A stretch of DNA of 63,956 nt, the filler included, from Acidimicrobiia bacterium (GTDB lineage: Bacteria > Actinomycetota > Acidimicrobiia > Spongiisociales > CAZKJJ01): NCBI GenBank assembly GCA_046759765.1. It is 3 parts of 3 records of this genome, joined end to end, with 100 filler letters (N's around TTAATTAATTAA, not from the genome) between each part and the next. Parts side by side here need not be neighbours in the genome. Positions count along the whole stretch, not along the records: positions 43,880 to 63,956 come from JBHICV010000030.1; 2 more parts are not named here. One strand, 5' to 3'. The notes beneath the pieces were generated by a model. The model did not search any database. It saw only the letters and a list, made by a program, of their open reading frames with translations, and was not told the origin of the DNA. Below, piece by piece: positions 63,646 to 63,956 of this stretch; the stretch's first letter is position 1, and the number at the start of each line of letters is the position of its first letter. The position numbers and the translations under genes were made by a program.

Positions 63646-63956
63646 GCTTCGTACCAACTATCGGTGTGGAGACCCACGTAGAGCTGAATACAGCCTCCAA
63701 GATGTTCTGTGGGTGTTCGACTCGCTTCGGCGATCCTCCGAACACCAACATCTGTCCTGTGTGCCTAGGCCTCCCCGGCGCCCTGCCGGTTCCGAACCTC
63801 GCCGCTATAGAGGACATTCTCCAGATCGGGGTGGCGCTCAGGTGTGAGGTCAACGAGGAGTCGATCTTCCATCGCAAGAACTACTTCTACGCCGACATGC
63901 CCAAGAACTATCAGATCTCTCAGTACGACATCCCGATCTGCACCGCCGGCTCTTAT
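63642..63956 (+). CDS. gatB: Asp/Glu-tRNA amidotransferase subunit B (runs off the window)
   Basis: My translation from GTG 63642: [25 protein letters not shown]...[11 protein letters not shown]...[20 protein letters not shown]. Confidence 0.95.
   Translation, partial: MSFVPTIGVETHVELNTASKMFCGCSTRFGDPPNTNICPVCLGLPGALPVPNLAAIEDILQIGVALRCEVNEESIFHRKNYFYADMPKNYQISQYDIPICTAGSY

Overview
High-GC (~65%) bacterial DNA, most likely an actinobacterium of the Acidimicrobiia type (inferred from gene order and protein style). Three contigs are joined by artificial N-TTAATTAATTAA-N linkers at 22431-22530 and 43780-43879, so synteny across those gaps means nothing. Contig 1: rex (partial), a MenJ-like reductase, a STAND-ATPase/TPR/adenylate-cyclase protein and a complete nuoA-N operon with a NuoE-NuoF fusion. 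Contig 2: an EamA transporter under a variant ykkC-family riboswitch, tag, a cyclase-TM-BMP receptor, clpC and the tilS-hpt-ftsH-folP-folK...panG-panC-coaX-lysS region. Contig 3: murA, iscS-mnmA-ligA, dapCDE, paaK, arsC, an ECF sigma/MGMT pair, tryptophan 2,3-dioxygenase and gatCAB. Best candidates for undescribed biology: (1) a divergent ykkC-type aptamer with a plausible translational switch controlling an EamA transporter; (2) an ECF sigma factor coupled to an alkyltransferase with an anti-sigma-like N-terminus; (3) two sensor-adenylate-cyclase fusions; (4) a bulged-A hairpin leader on the pantothenate operon; (5) a FolK-membrane methyltransferase fusion. All assignments come from motif recognition by eye; no searches were run.
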